A stretch of 64,000 bases of DNA. Origin: an uncultured Chloroflexia bacterium (GTDB taxonomy: Bacteria > Chloroflexota > Chloroflexia > Thermomicrobiales > UBA6265). A program made the position numbers and the translations under genes. Under the pieces are notes generated by a model. It was not told the DNA's origin. It made no database searches and saw only the letters and a program-made list of their open reading frames with translations. Positions 22,032-31,741 of this stretch are shown here, piece by piece; positions within the stretch are counted from its first letter, which is position 1; every line of letters begins with the position of its first letter. The stretch is from NCBI GenBank assembly GCA_963724295.1, contig CAVRUC010000003.1, forward strand, positions 64,001-128,000, in the 5' to 3' direction.

Positions 22032-22961
22032 GTGGTCAGTCCGAACCTTACTGTTTCACCGCTCCCACGCTACACCCGGCCACACGAAGAGAGCATTGCC
22101 GCGCCCCTGGAAGGCATTATCTCGTTCGCGCAAAGCGACGCCGCAATCGACAACTCAACGCTTAGCCCCGGCTCCCGCGCCCTGTTGCGCGGTCTTCTCC
22201 GGGTCGGCTCGACGCGGATGTTTCCCGGCGGTGGCGCCGGGATCGAATACGGCGGACTCCTCAAGACCGCGGCTCGTCCCGACTACATCGCCGCCCACGT
22301 GTTGGAGGCGGCCAATCACCTGCGAGAGCGCCAGGCTGACCTGCTCCTCGTCCCGGGCATGTCGGGCTACCCTGTTGGCGCGATGTACGCGCTGGCCGCG
22401 AACACACCCGCCTTGCTCCTCAAGAAGTCGCAGCTGGGCGACGCCAATCCGAACGCCTACCCGGCCGGTGCATTCGTCATCCCCTCCTACACCGGCGAGG
22501 GCGACGTGGTGATGCACGCCGACCCGGCGGCCGTGGAGGATATCGTCGCCACCATCGTCGCACGAAAGCTGGCGGAACAGACCGGCCAACCGGTCATCGA
22601 GCTCGACCTGCGGGTAGCCGGCGCCGACGATATCATCGACAAGGCGACCATGAGCCAGGCCGTCAGCGAAAGCGCGGTCGTGATTGGCGAGGAAGCGACC
22701 GGTCGCTGCCTGGACAGGCACCGAGCACGGACTGGCGATCGACGGGCGGCAACTATCCGGGTCTCGGTCGTCGCCTGGGTCACCCCATTGATCAAGACCT
22801 ACAATCGCCCGCGCGAGCACCTCTGGCAGTCGTTCAAACTGCAACCGTTTGCCGGGCTCGATCTCTATACCGTCCATCTCGATCCGCCAGCGATCGGCGT
22901 GACCGGGGTTGGTAGCGTCGGTTTCGCCGCTGATGGAGAGGCGAAGTTTCTGGTACCTTGA
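22032..22961 (+). CDS. Divergent type I phosphoribosyltransferase (Xpt/Apt-like)
   Basis: LLVPGMSGYPVG..ALLLKKS, IPSYT and VAGADDIIDKAT (PRPP-loop-like). GTG start after GGAGGA. Confidence 0.6.
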   Translation: MVSPNLTVSPLPRYTRPHEESIAAPLEGIISFAQSDAAIDNSTLSPGSRALLRGLLRVGSTRMFPGGGAGIEYGGLLKTAARPDYIAAHVLEAANHLRERQADLLLVPGMSGYPVGAMYALAANTPALLLKKSQLGDANPNAYPAGAFVIPSYTGEGDVVMHADPAAVEDIVATIVARKLAEQTGQPVIELDLRVAGADDIIDKATMSQAVSESAVVIGEEATGRCLDRHRARTGDRRAATIRVSVVAWVTPLIKTYNRPREHLWQSFKLQPFAGLDLYTVHLDPPAIGVTGVGSVGFAADGEAKFLVP

Positions 22962-23033
22962 CCCCCTCTGCCGGATCTACCGGCCCGCCTGCGGCGGTCC
23001 GCGAACCGCCCGACCAGAGGAGGTCAAATCGCA

Positions 23034-23672
23034 ATGGCTTTCGAGCTTCCCTCGCTACCGTACGCCTATGATGCCCTGTCGCAGTCGATCGACGAAGAGA
23101 CGATGCATCTGCATCACGACAAGCATCATGCGGCCTACGTCAACAACCTGAACACCGCCACTGAAGGCACACCGTTCGCCAACATGAGCATCGACGAACT
23201 GGTGCGCAACCTGAACATGGTGCCTGACGACAAGCGGACGGCGGTCCGCAATAACGGCGGCGGCCACTACAACCACTCGATGTTCTGGGAGATCATGCGG
23301 CCGGGCGGCGGTGGCGCCCCGCAGGGTCAGATCGCCCAGGCGATCGACGACTCCTTCGGCGGGTTCGACGCCCTGAAGGCCGAGTTCAACAAGGCCGGCG
23401 TGGGCCGGTTCGGCTCGGGCTGGGTCTGGGTGATCGTCGGCTCCGACGGCAAGCTCTCCGTTGTTTCCACCCCGAACCAGGACAACCCCCTGATGTCTGG
23501 GTTCGTCGAGACCACGGGCTTCCCGGTATTCGGTAATGATGTCTGGGAGCACGCCTACTACCTTAAGTACCAGAACCGCCGCCCCGACTACCTCGAGGCC
23601 TGGTGGAACACCGTCAACTGGGACGAGATCAACAACCGCTACAACACCGGTCTCACCAATATGAACCGATAG
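23034..23672 (+). CDS. sodA: Superoxide dismutase (Mn/Fe, probably Mn-type)
   Basis: Motifs [31 protein letters not shown] and DVWEHAYY. Confidence 0.96.
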   Translation: MAFELPSLPYAYDALSQSIDEETMHLHHDKHHAAYVNNLNTATEGTPFANMSIDELVRNLNMVPDDKRTAVRNNGGGHYNHSMFWEIMRPGGGGAPQGQIAQAIDDSFGGFDALKAEFNKAGVGRFGSGWVWVIVGSDGKLSVVSTPNQDNPLMSGFVETTGFPVFGNDVWEHAYYLKYQNRRPDYLEAWWNTVNWDEINNRYNTGLTNMNR

Positions 23673-23704
23673 CTCTCCGCTTTTTCGAGCGAGAGACGAA
23701 TCGC

Positions 23705-23730
23705 CGAGGGCGGCCAAGAGGCCGCCCTCG
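23705..23730. terminator. Hairpin between convergent genes
   Basis: CGAGGGCGGCC-AAGA-GGCCGCCCTCG. Confidence 0.6.
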
Positions 23731-23775
23731 ATGTCCTTCCAGGACGTTCACCGGCGCCCAGGCGCGGCGCTGATC

Positions 23776-24300
23776 TTACCTCTTGGCACGCCGTCGCCAG
23801 GGTCCGCGTTCGCCAGGCGTGACGTCCCGCTGCGACGGTGGAATCGCCGCTTCCTCGACCATCGGTTGCAGGATCGCTATCTGGGCCGAAAGGCGGCGGG
23901 CTACCGACTCCGCGAAGCGCCGATCCAGCCGGCCAAGCGGCTCGGACTCGAAGAGGTGACCCCACGAGGTTGTCCAACGCTCCAGCTCGATCTGCGGTCC
24001 CAGGAGATGCTTGATCTCCACGATGCGCTGATCGAAAAACGCGAGGTAGGCCATGGTGCTGGCCGGTCCGTCTTCGAAATGGAGTCCGACCTCGACGCGC
24101 CCGCGCGCTCCATCGGTCCATACTTCGTAGTGAATTCGGTCGTTGCCATAGTCCAGCTTGAGCAGCATCGAGTTCGCGCGATCGTGAAACCGCGCGAGTT
24201 CCGGTGGCAGGTTCGCTCGCGCATCGGCCACGATCGCCGCGAAGAACTCGCGCCGGTTGAGACTGGAGGGACGGCTGATCGACCCGTTCGCGGGTCTCAC
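23776..24300 (-). CDS. Hypothetical protein
   Basis: Protein-like composition (IHYEVW, EVGLHFED, ELERWT) and convergent with sodA. Start uncertain. Confidence 0.65.
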   Translation of the reverse strand: MRPANGSISRPSSLNRREFFAAIVADARANLPPELARFHDRANSMLLKLDYGNDRIHYEVWTDGARGRVEVGLHFEDGPASTMAYLAFFDQRIVEIKHLLGPQIELERWTTSWGHLFESEPLGRLDRRFAESVARRLSAQIAILQPMVEEAAIPPSQRDVTPGERGPWRRRAKR

Positions 24301-24502
24301 CGCATCCCGTTCGTCATTCGGCGGCCGAGGCTGGCACGCCCAATGCAGTACGCCATGGCGTGAGTGTAGCGGCACTCGTGGCTCCACTCGAGTGGCGGAC
24401 TCACGCTACATAGATGACGGAGTACAATGCCGCAACTGCATGCAACGTCCGCGTCGTTCGCTTGGACGCAACGCGGCTTCCTCCGCTGCCTTGGAGCAAA
24501 GA

Positions 24503-24664
24503 ATGCCTTTGAAATCTCCCTCCAAATCTCTGGGTGACAAGCTCGCGGACCTCCTTGACCGGCTGGTCGGTGGTCTTGCCCAGCCGCTACGTCCGGCGCC
24601 GGTCCCTGTACCGGTGCGTGTGCGTCGTCCTGAGGCGTCGCGCGGCGCGCGTATTCGCCGCTAA
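24503..24664 (+). CDS. Small basic protein with a PAPVPVPVR motif
   Basis: GGAG upstream of the ATG. 53 aa, amphipathic N-terminus followed by Pro/Val/Arg-rich tail. Confidence 0.5.
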   Translation: MPLKSPSKSLGDKLADLLDRLVGGLAQPLRPAPVPVPVRVRRPEASRGARIRR

Positions 24665-24895
24665 CCGCCGCGAGCGTCCGCGCGTTCTCCATACGACCCC
24701 TACGAGTTTCCGTGTAAAATCTCCGCTGCCACGCACGCCCAGCGCGTGCCGTGGCATTGTGTGTGTTCGATCGAGCGCGGCCACGACCGCAACACCGGCG
24801 ATCTCCGATTTGCTGGGCTATCGTGGTGTCTTTTGACAGAGCACCAGGCTGTGCCAACGGTTCGGGTAGCCGCTAGCGCGAGGTAGAGACGGATT

Positions 24896-26200
24896 ATGGA
24901 AGGCCAGACGGCAAGCTCGCTGATCGTCGGCGTGCCGCGCGAAACCGCTCCCGGCGAGCGCCGCGTGGCGATGACTCCCGACACGGTCAAGCGGCTCACG
25001 GCCAGCGGCGTCGTCGTGAAAATTGAAAGTGGCGCGGGTCTGGCCTCGGGACACAGTGATGACGCATACGTGGCCGCCGGCGCCACTATCGTGGCAAATG
25101 CCGCCGAGGCCTTCGACGCCGAGGTCGTCATCAAAGTGCAGAAGCCGGACGACAGTGAGGTTGCTCTGCTGCGTCCCGGCGCCACCATCATCGCCCTTCT
25201 GCAGCCCATGTCAAACGTCGATCTGATCCGCGAGCTGGCCGGGCGAGACATCACGGCGTTCAGCATGGATGCCATTCCGCGCACGACCCGAGCCCAGTCG
25301 ATGGACGTCCTCTCTTCGCAGGCCACCGTCGCCGGATACAAAGCGGTCCTCATGGCCGCCGACACGCTGCCGAAGTTCTTTCCCATGCTCACCACCGCCG
25401 CCGGCTCGATCGTCCCGGCCAAGGTGCTGATTGTGGGCGCGGGTGTGGCCGGACTCCAGGCTATCGCGACCGCCCGCCGTCTGGGCGCGGTCGTCGAGGC
25501 CTACGACACACGCCCTGTCGTCAAGGAGCAGGTCGAAAGTCTCGGCGCCAGGTTCGTCGATATTCCCGTCGACACAAGCGACACGCAGACCGCCGGCGGC
25601 TACGCCAAGGAGGTCTCGGCGGAGACGCTGCGCAAGCAGCAGGAAGTCCTCGCCGACCACGCCGCCAAGTCCGACGTCGTCATCACGACGGCCGCGGTTC
25701 CTGGCCGTCCGGCGCCACGCCTGATCTCGAGGGAGACGGTGGAACGCATGCGACCGGGGTCGGTCATCGTCGATCTCGCCGCCGAGACCGGCGGCAACGT
25801 CGAGCTGACCAAAGCCGGCGAAACCGTTGAGCACAATGGCGTCAAGATCATGGGTCAGCTCAACTTGCCCAGCACCATGCCTGTCCATGCCAGCCAGATG
25901 TACGCGAAGAACATTCAGAATTTGCTGGATCTGCTTATCAAGAATGGCAAGCTCGATCCGGACTTCGAGGACGAGATCGTCAAGGGCACGGTCATCACGC
26001 GCGGCGGCGACATCGTCCACGAGATGACGAAGCAGCGGCTGGCGGAGCAGGACTCTCCTGTACGGCAGCCAGCGGGCGCCCGGGATTCCGATTCGGCCCC
26101 GGATCGAGAGCAACCCGACGGTGGGTCAAACACAACCGCGGCCTCGGCCGGCGCCACATCGGACGCCGCGGCCGCGGGAGTCGGGGATTCCACGACGTAG
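24896..26200 (+). CDS. pntA: NAD(P) transhydrogenase subunit alpha, NAD(H)-binding part
   Basis: GERRVA, RAQSMDVLSSQ, GAGVAGLQA, GGYAKE and VDLAAETGGN. Confidence 0.95.
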   Translation: MEGQTASSLIVGVPRETAPGERRVAMTPDTVKRLTASGVVVKIESGAGLASGHSDDAYVAAGATIVANAAEAFDAEVVIKVQKPDDSEVALLRPGATIIALLQPMSNVDLIRELAGRDITAFSMDAIPRTTRAQSMDVLSSQATVAGYKAVLMAADTLPKFFPMLTTAAGSIVPAKVLIVGAGVAGLQAIATARRLGAVVEAYDTRPVVKEQVESLGARFVDIPVDTSDTQTAGGYAKEVSAETLRKQQEVLADHAAKSDVVITTAAVPGRPAPRLISRETVERMRPGSVIVDLAAETGGNVELTKAGETVEHNGVKIMGQLNLPSTMPVHASQMYAKNIQNLLDLLIKNGKLDPDFEDEIVKGTVITRGGDIVHEMTKQRLAEQDSPVRQPAGARDSDSAPDREQPDGGSNTTAASAGATSDAAAAGVGDSTT

Positions 26201-26276
26201 GTAGACCAGACAGATTTCCGGGGTCCAGCGCCCGAAGCGGCGGACCCATTCAATAGATGGAGGACACGGGGAAACG

Positions 26277-26681
26277 ATGCTAGCCCTGAGACCTGGATTC
26301 CTGCTCATGCAAGTGACGACGGATTCGCTCCAGACGACACTGAGCGACAACGCGACAGTGCTCCTGCTCACCATCTATGTGCTCTTGCTGGCCATCTTCC
26401 TCGGCTTCGAGCTGATCGGCCGGGTGCCCGCCACGCTGCATACGCCGTTGATGTCGGGAACGAACGCCATCCACGGCATCGTCGTGCTGGGGGCCATGAT
26501 CATTCTGGGGAGCATCGAGGGCTCGTCACTCCTGGACAACGTGCTGAAGCTGCTGGCCTTCATCGCCGTGGTGCTGGGCGCGGCCAATGTCTTCGGCGGC
26601 TTTGTCGTCACCGACCGCATGCTTGAGATGTTCAAGCGGAAACCCGCCGCAGGGAAGAGCGCCGGGGCGGGAGGCAAGTAA
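26277..26681 (+). CDS. NAD(P) transhydrogenase subunit alpha part 2 (membrane)
   Basis: VPATLHTPLMSGTNAIHG and NVFGGFVVTDRMLEMF. The start may be 26307. Confidence 0.93.
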   Translation: MLALRPGFLLMQVTTDSLQTTLSDNATVLLLTIYVLLLAIFLGFELIGRVPATLHTPLMSGTNAIHGIVVLGAMIILGSIEGSSLLDNVLKLLAFIAVVLGAANVFGGFVVTDRMLEMFKRKPAAGKSAGAGGK

Positions 26682-28090
26682 TGGACTGGATTCTCGACAA
26701 CCGGGTCGTTCTGATCAATGTCGCGTATCTGATCGCCGCGGTCTGCTTCATCGTTGGTCTCAAGCTACTCAGCTCCCCGGCAACCGCGCGCCGCGGCAAC
26801 CAGATCGCCGCGCTGGGCATGACGATCGCGGTCGTCGCCACGCTCTTCATGCCCGGCTTGCATAATATCTGGCTGATTCTGGTTGGCCTGGCCATCGGCG
26901 CCGTGGCCGCGGTCTATCCAGCGCGCTCGGTCAAGATGACCGCCATGCCGCAGATGGTCGCCATCTTCAATGGCATGGGTGGCGCCACGGCGGCGCTGGT
27001 GTCCCTGGTCGAGTTCCAGCACAAATCGGATATCGGCCGTGGCGAGATCGTCTCCATCGTGCTCGGCGTGATCATCGGTTCGATTTCGTTCTCCGGCAGC
27101 ATGATCGCCTTCGGCAAGCTGCAGGAGCTGATCTCGGGCCGCGCCATCTCTTATCCGAATCAACAGCAGGTCAATGGCGTCATCGGTATCGGAGTGATCG
27201 CCCTCGCTGTCGTCGTCATCGTGCTCGGGCAGATAGGCATCAGTTACATCCTGATCGTCGCCCTCTTCGCCGCCGCTCTCGTACTTGGTGTTTTCATCGT
27301 ACTTCCGATCGGCGGCGCGGACATGCCGGTCGTGATCGCCGTCCTCAACTCGATGACGGGTGTCGCGGCGGCGCTGACCGGCTTCGTGCTCAACAACCAG
27401 GCTCTCATCATCGCCGGCATCCTGGTCGGTGCGTCCGGCGCCTTCCTCACCCTGCTGATGGCGCGAGCCATGAATCGATCGGTCAGCAACGTGCTCTTCG
27501 GCGCCTGGGGCGCCGCCGCGGTCGGCGGAGGTGCTGGCGCGGGCACGGCGGCGGACTTGCCAATGCGCGAGGTGACGCCCGACGACGCGGCCGTGCCGCT
27601 GGCGTACGCGGACAACGTCATCATCGTGCCGGGCTATGGTCTGGCCGTCGCTCAGGCCCAGCACGCCGTGCGCGAGCTGGCAGAGACGTTGCAGGAGCGG
27701 GGCGTGCAGGTTCGGTACGCCATCCATCCGGTGGCGGGGCGCATGCCGGGTCACATGAATGTCCTCCTTGCCGAGGCCAACGTGCCCTACGATGACCTGT
27801 ATGAGATGGAGCAGATCAACGAGGACTTCACCAACACCGACGTCGCCATCGTCGTTGGCGCCAACGACGTCACGAACCCGGCTGCCCGCGACGACCCGGG
27901 CAGCCCGATTTATGGCATGCCGATCCTGAATGTCGATCAGGCGAAGACGATCTATGTGCTGAAGCGCGGCCGCGGCGCGGGGTTCGCCGGGATCGAGAAC
28001 ATGCTCTTCCATGACCCCAAGACCGCGATGCTTTTCGGCGACGCCAAGGACTCGCTCAGCAAGCTGAACGCCGCGGTTCGAGAAGCCTGA
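26681..28090 (+). CDS. pntB: NAD(P) transhydrogenase subunit beta
   Basis: MTAMPQMVA, IGGADMPVVI, PGYGLAVAQAQ and HPVAGRMPGHMNVLLAEA. Confidence 0.96.
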   Translation: MDWILDNRVVLINVAYLIAAVCFIVGLKLLSSPATARRGNQIAALGMTIAVVATLFMPGLHNIWLILVGLAIGAVAAVYPARSVKMTAMPQMVAIFNGMGGATAALVSLVEFQHKSDIGRGEIVSIVLGVIIGSISFSGSMIAFGKLQELISGRAISYPNQQQVNGVIGIGVIALAVVVIVLGQIGISYILIVALFAAALVLGVFIVLPIGGADMPVVIAVLNSMTGVAAALTGFVLNNQALIIAGILVGASGAFLTLLMARAMNRSVSNVLFGAWGAAAVGGGAGAGTAADLPMREVTPDDAAVPLAYADNVIIVPGYGLAVAQAQHAVRELAETLQERGVQVRYAIHPVAGRMPGHMNVLLAEANVPYDDLYEMEQINEDFTNTDVAIVVGANDVTNPAARDDPGSPIYGMPILNVDQAKTIYVLKRGRGAGFAGIENMLFHDPKTAMLFGDAKDSLSKLNAAVREA

Positions 28091-28160
28091 TCGGCTTGTC
28101 GGGAACACATTCTGATGCGCCGTCGAAATCCGCCGCGCTACCTCTTCCCAACTGTCGATC

Positions 28161-28218
28161 CCACCACATAAGATAGCGGGTAGCCCCGCGGAATAGCCGG
28201 CCAACGCCGGCGTGGTGG
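28161..28218 (+). promoter_or_regulatory. Candidate riboswitch-like three-way junction upstream of the purine permease
   Basis: P1 CCACCAC/GTGGTGG, P2 GCGGG/CCCGC and P3 GCCGGC/GCCGGC, with A-rich joiners ATAAGATA and GGAATA. The P1 3' strand overlaps the SD (GGAGGG). Confidence 0.45.
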
Positions 28219-28227
28219 AGGGCGAAC

Positions 28228-29640
28228 ATGGGGCAGAACAGTGCCGTTGCCGGTGCAACGGGAGCGCCGCGTGGCGGTCTGCAAGGCTTCTTCCGTCTTC
28301 GGGAGCACGGAACCGACGTGCGGACCGAGGTGCTGGCCGGACTGACGACCTTTTTCGTCATGTCCTACATCATTGCCGTCAACCCGGCCGTGCTGGTCGC
28401 CGCCGGACTCGATGTGCGCGCGGTCGCGACCTCGACCTGTCTCGTCGCCGGCCTCCTCTCGATCGCCATGGGGCTCTACACGAACCGGGCCTTCGCGCTC
28501 GCTCCTGGTCTGGGTCTCAATGCCATCGTCGCCTACAACCTGGTGGGTACGTTGGGGCTCACCCCGGCGGAGGCGATGGGGGTCGTCGTCGCCGAAGGGG
28601 TGCTGATCACGGTCCTGGTGCTGCTCGGCGTCCGCAAGTACGTCATGGACGTCGTCCCGGCCGCGCTCAGCCGGGCGATCGCCGTTGGCATCGGGTTTTT
28701 CATCCTGTTCATCGGCTTACGCAATGCCGGCGTGATTACCTTCATTCCGGGGCAAACTGGAACTGTCGACGGCTTGTTGACTTTGACACCCTTGAACACC
28801 TGGTCAATCTTCGTGGCCATGGCGGGATTGGGCATTACGATCGTCCTGGTAGCGCGGCGCGTCCCGGCGGCCATCCTCGCTGGCATCCTAATCGCCACGG
28901 TCATCGCCTTTCTCGTACCGGGCGATGTTGCCCAGCTGCCAGCCGAACCGATGGCCGGGGCGGACTTCTCGCTGGTCGGTCAATTCAGCTTTGGCTTCTT
29001 CGCCAAACTGGGGCTTCTCACGGCGGTGCTGACGGTCATCAGCTTCATGTTGTCCGACTTCTTCGACACCATGGGTACCCTGATCGGCGTCGGTAGCGAG
29101 GCCGGCTATCTCAACGACAAGGGAGAGTTGACAGACGCCCAACGGCCGCTCCTGGTCGACTCCCTCGGCGCGGTGGCCGGTGGCCTATTCAGCGCATCGT
29201 CAGCGACCACCTATATCGAGTCTGCCGCCGGCGTCGCGGCCGGGGGGCGGACCGGACTCGTCTCGGTCGTGACCGGGCTGCTCTTCCTGCTCGCCCTCCC
29301 CTTTGTCTCTCTCGTCGGTGCCATCCCGGCGGCGGCGACCGCGCCGGCGCTGATCGTGGTCGGCGTGCTGATGGTCGGCGTGCTCTCGGAGGGAGCGTCG
29401 GGCCGGCGCGAAGCGATTGACTTCCGGAACCTCGACGATGCCGTGCCGGTGGTCCTGACGATGCTGGTGATGCCCCTCACCTTCAGCATCACGAACGGCA
29501 TTGGCGCCGGCTTCGTCAGCTACGTGCTGGTCAAGCTGGCGAGTGGCAAGGGACGACAGGTCCATCCAGCACTCTATGTCGTCGCCGCGGCCTTTCTGCT
29601 CTATTTCCTGCGCTGGGCACTGTTCGACGCTCGTTTCTAA
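28228..29640 (+). CDS. NCS2/AzgA-family purine permease
   Basis: TEVLAGLTTF, APGLGLNA, DFFDTMGT, YIESAAG...GGRTG and PLTFSITNG. Confidence 0.93.
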   Translation: MGQNSAVAGATGAPRGGLQGFFRLREHGTDVRTEVLAGLTTFFVMSYIIAVNPAVLVAAGLDVRAVATSTCLVAGLLSIAMGLYTNRAFALAPGLGLNAIVAYNLVGTLGLTPAEAMGVVVAEGVLITVLVLLGVRKYVMDVVPAALSRAIAVGIGFFILFIGLRNAGVITFIPGQTGTVDGLLTLTPLNTWSIFVAMAGLGITIVLVARRVPAAILAGILIATVIAFLVPGDVAQLPAEPMAGADFSLVGQFSFGFFAKLGLLTAVLTVISFMLSDFFDTMGTLIGVGSEAGYLNDKGELTDAQRPLLVDSLGAVAGGLFSASSATTYIESAAGVAAGGRTGLVSVVTGLLFLLALPFVSLVGAIPAAATAPALIVVGVLMVGVLSEGASGRREAIDFRNLDDAVPVVLTMLVMPLTFSITNGIGAGFVSYVLVKLASGKGRQVHPALYVVAAAFLLYFLRWALFDARF

Positions 29641-29770
29641 GTGAGGAGGAGAAGGCGAGAGGCGGGGCGAGACTGCGGCCCGTCTCCGACTCACGGACCA
29701 GGTGAAGATGTCTGGAACGCACGTCTCGACTACTCGACTCCGCCTGCTGGTTCTCGACAGGAGAAACATC

Positions 29771-30193
29771 GTGTCTGCCGAAGCCAACAAGGCGCTCATT
29801 CGGGAGTTTTTCGAGCAGGTCTGGAATCAGGGGAGCGAGGAGGCGATCGATCGCTTCATCGCCGAGAACGCCGGCGGCAATGACCCGGACTTCGGTATGG
29901 GTCGTGAAGGGTTCAAGAAACAGTGGCGCAAGTGGCGGGAAGCGTTCCCAGATCTCCGCTTCCAGATCGAAGAGATCATCGCCGAGGGAGATACGGTCGT
30001 CGCGCGCTGGACGTTGACCGGCACCCAGACGGGACCCTTTCTTGGCATTCAGCCGACCGGGCGGAAAATCCGCGTCGGTGGTATGAGCCTGGATCACCTC
30101 AAGGAGGGAGTCCTGGTCTCTGGGTTCGATGGTTGGGACAATCTCGGACTGCGCCAGCAGCTTGGCGCAGTCCCTGTGGACTCGAACGAGTGA
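29771..30193 (+). CDS. SnoaL-like ester cyclase family protein
   Basis: NKALIREF, AFPDLRFQIEEIIAEGDTV and GTQTGPFLGIQPTG. Confidence 0.85.
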   Translation: MSAEANKALIREFFEQVWNQGSEEAIDRFIAENAGGNDPDFGMGREGFKKQWRKWREAFPDLRFQIEEIIAEGDTVVARWTLTGTQTGPFLGIQPTGRKIRVGGMSLDHLKEGVLVSGFDGWDNLGLRQQLGAVPVDSNE

Positions 30194-30230
30194 GACTATC
30201 CGGCATGACTCCTGCACCGTGCCGGATCGT

Positions 30231-31145
30231 TCAGCCCTTGGTCGCCTGACTGAGCGCCGCGATCCCCTCGAGGTCGTCGAGATCGTCGAGCCATTGCAGC
30301 ATCACGCCTTGCACACCAGCAGCTTCCAGCTCACGGAGCTGCGCTGGGATCTGCTCAGCCGTGCCGACGATCTGGCCCCTGGCGCGAAGCTCGTCGGCGC
30401 TCTCGCCCGCCAATCGCGCGGCAAGCTGGTCGTCATCCTTGCCGAAAATGATCCGCGTCATCAGCGTGCGGCGGACTTCTTCCGGCAGCCGTCCTTCCTC
30501 GCGCAGTAAGTCGTCGAGCAATCGAGTGCGCTCCCGGAAGCCGTCCGGGGAGAGGTAGACCCCGTTCCACTCGTCGGCGAAGCGAGCGGCCAGAGGCAGC
30601 GTACGGCGCCGCCCGTTCCCGCCGATGACGATTGGGAGCACTCCCTGACGTACTGGGTTGGGCACGAGCTCGGCGCCATCAAGCTCATAGAATTCGCCGG
30701 AGAACGAGACCGGCCCCTCCTTCCGCAGGAGGCGAGTCACGATCTCCAGAGCCTCGGTGAAGCGCTGAAAGCGAGCATCCAGACCGAGCAGGTCGAATCC
30801 CCACTCCTCATGCTCGCGCTCCATCCACCCCGCGCCCAAGCCGAAACGAAGCCGGCCGGGAGCAAGACCATGGATCGCGGCGGCTTGCGAGGCAGCGATT
30901 CTCGGGTCCCGAAAAGAGACCGGCGCCACGACCGGCCCGAAGGAGATGCGGGCAGTATTGGTTGCCAGCCACGTGAGCGAAGTCCACAGTTCGAGCGCGT
31001 CGAGATGCGGGCCCGCCGGTTCCGTGAAATGATCCGATCGGTAGAGCCCGGCATAGCCGGCATCCTCGGCTGCTCGGGCCAGGCGTTGCCAGCGCGGCCA
31101 ATTGACTCCGCGCTGTCCTTCGATCATCAAACCGACGTCGATCAT
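30231..31145 (-). CDS. Luciferase-like (LLM) oxidoreductase, probably F420-dependent
   Basis: MIEGQ.G, RSDHF, GLGAGW.EREH, IVIGGNG and ADEWN. Confidence 0.88.
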   Translation of the reverse strand: MIDVGLMIEGQRGVNWPRWQRLARAAEDAGYAGLYRSDHFTEPAGPHLDALELWTSLTWLATNTARISFGPVVAPVSFRDPRIAASQAAAIHGLAPGRLRFGLGAGWMEREHEEWGFDLLGLDARFQRFTEALEIVTRLLRKEGPVSFSGEFYELDGAELVPNPVRQGVLPIVIGGNGRRRTLPLAARFADEWNGVYLSPDGFRERTRLLDDLLREEGRLPEEVRRTLMTRIIFGKDDDQLAARLAGESADELRARGQIVGTAEQIPAQLRELEAAGVQGVMLQWLDDLDDLEGIAALSQATKG

Positions 31146-31195
31146 GATTGCGCTAACTTCCTTGCGTCGTCCCCGAACACCTCATCACGCTTCGT

Positions 31196-31741
31196 TCAGT
31201 ATTGGAGAAGGCTGGTAACGGCGTAGCTCGCCAACCGCTGGCGACCGCCCAGGTCTGCAAGCTCGATCAATACCGTGATCCCCGCCACTTCTCCCCCCAG
31301 ACGCTCGACCAGCTCCGCCGTTGCCGCGGCCGTGCCTCCGGTTGCCAGAACATCGTCGACGATCAGCACCCGTTCCCCCGCCTGCAGCGCATCCGCGTGA
31401 ATCTCGACCGTGTTCGTCCCGTACTCGAGGGCATAGTCAGCGCGCTCTGTTGCTCTCGGCAGCCTGCCCAGCTTGCGTACGGGCACCATGCCGACCCCCA
31501 GCGCATAAGCCACCGGAGCGCCGAGGATGAAGCCCCGGCTCTCGATCCCAATAACCGAGTCGATTCCGTCATGAAGCGCCGCGAGGGCGTCTACCGCGGC
31601 GCGGAGTGCCGCTCCGTTGCCGAGGAGCGGCGTGATGTCCCTGAAGACGATTCCGGCTTGCGGAAAGTCGGGCACGTCGCGCACGAGCGCCCGCATTGAT
31701 GCCGTGTCGAGCGTGTCTAGATTCGAGCCTGATTCGACCAT
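31196..31741 (-). CDS. apt: Adenine phosphoribosyltransferase
   Basis: VPDFPQAGIVFRDITP, IESRGF, RKLGRLP, YALEYG and VDDVLATGGT. Confidence 0.96.
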   Translation of the reverse strand: MVESGSNLDTLDTASMRALVRDVPDFPQAGIVFRDITPLLGNGAALRAAVDALAALHDGIDSVIGIESRGFILGAPVAYALGVGMVPVRKLGRLPRATERADYALEYGTNTVEIHADALQAGERVLIVDDVLATGGTAAATAELVERLGGEVAGITVLIELADLGGRQRLASYAVTSLLQY

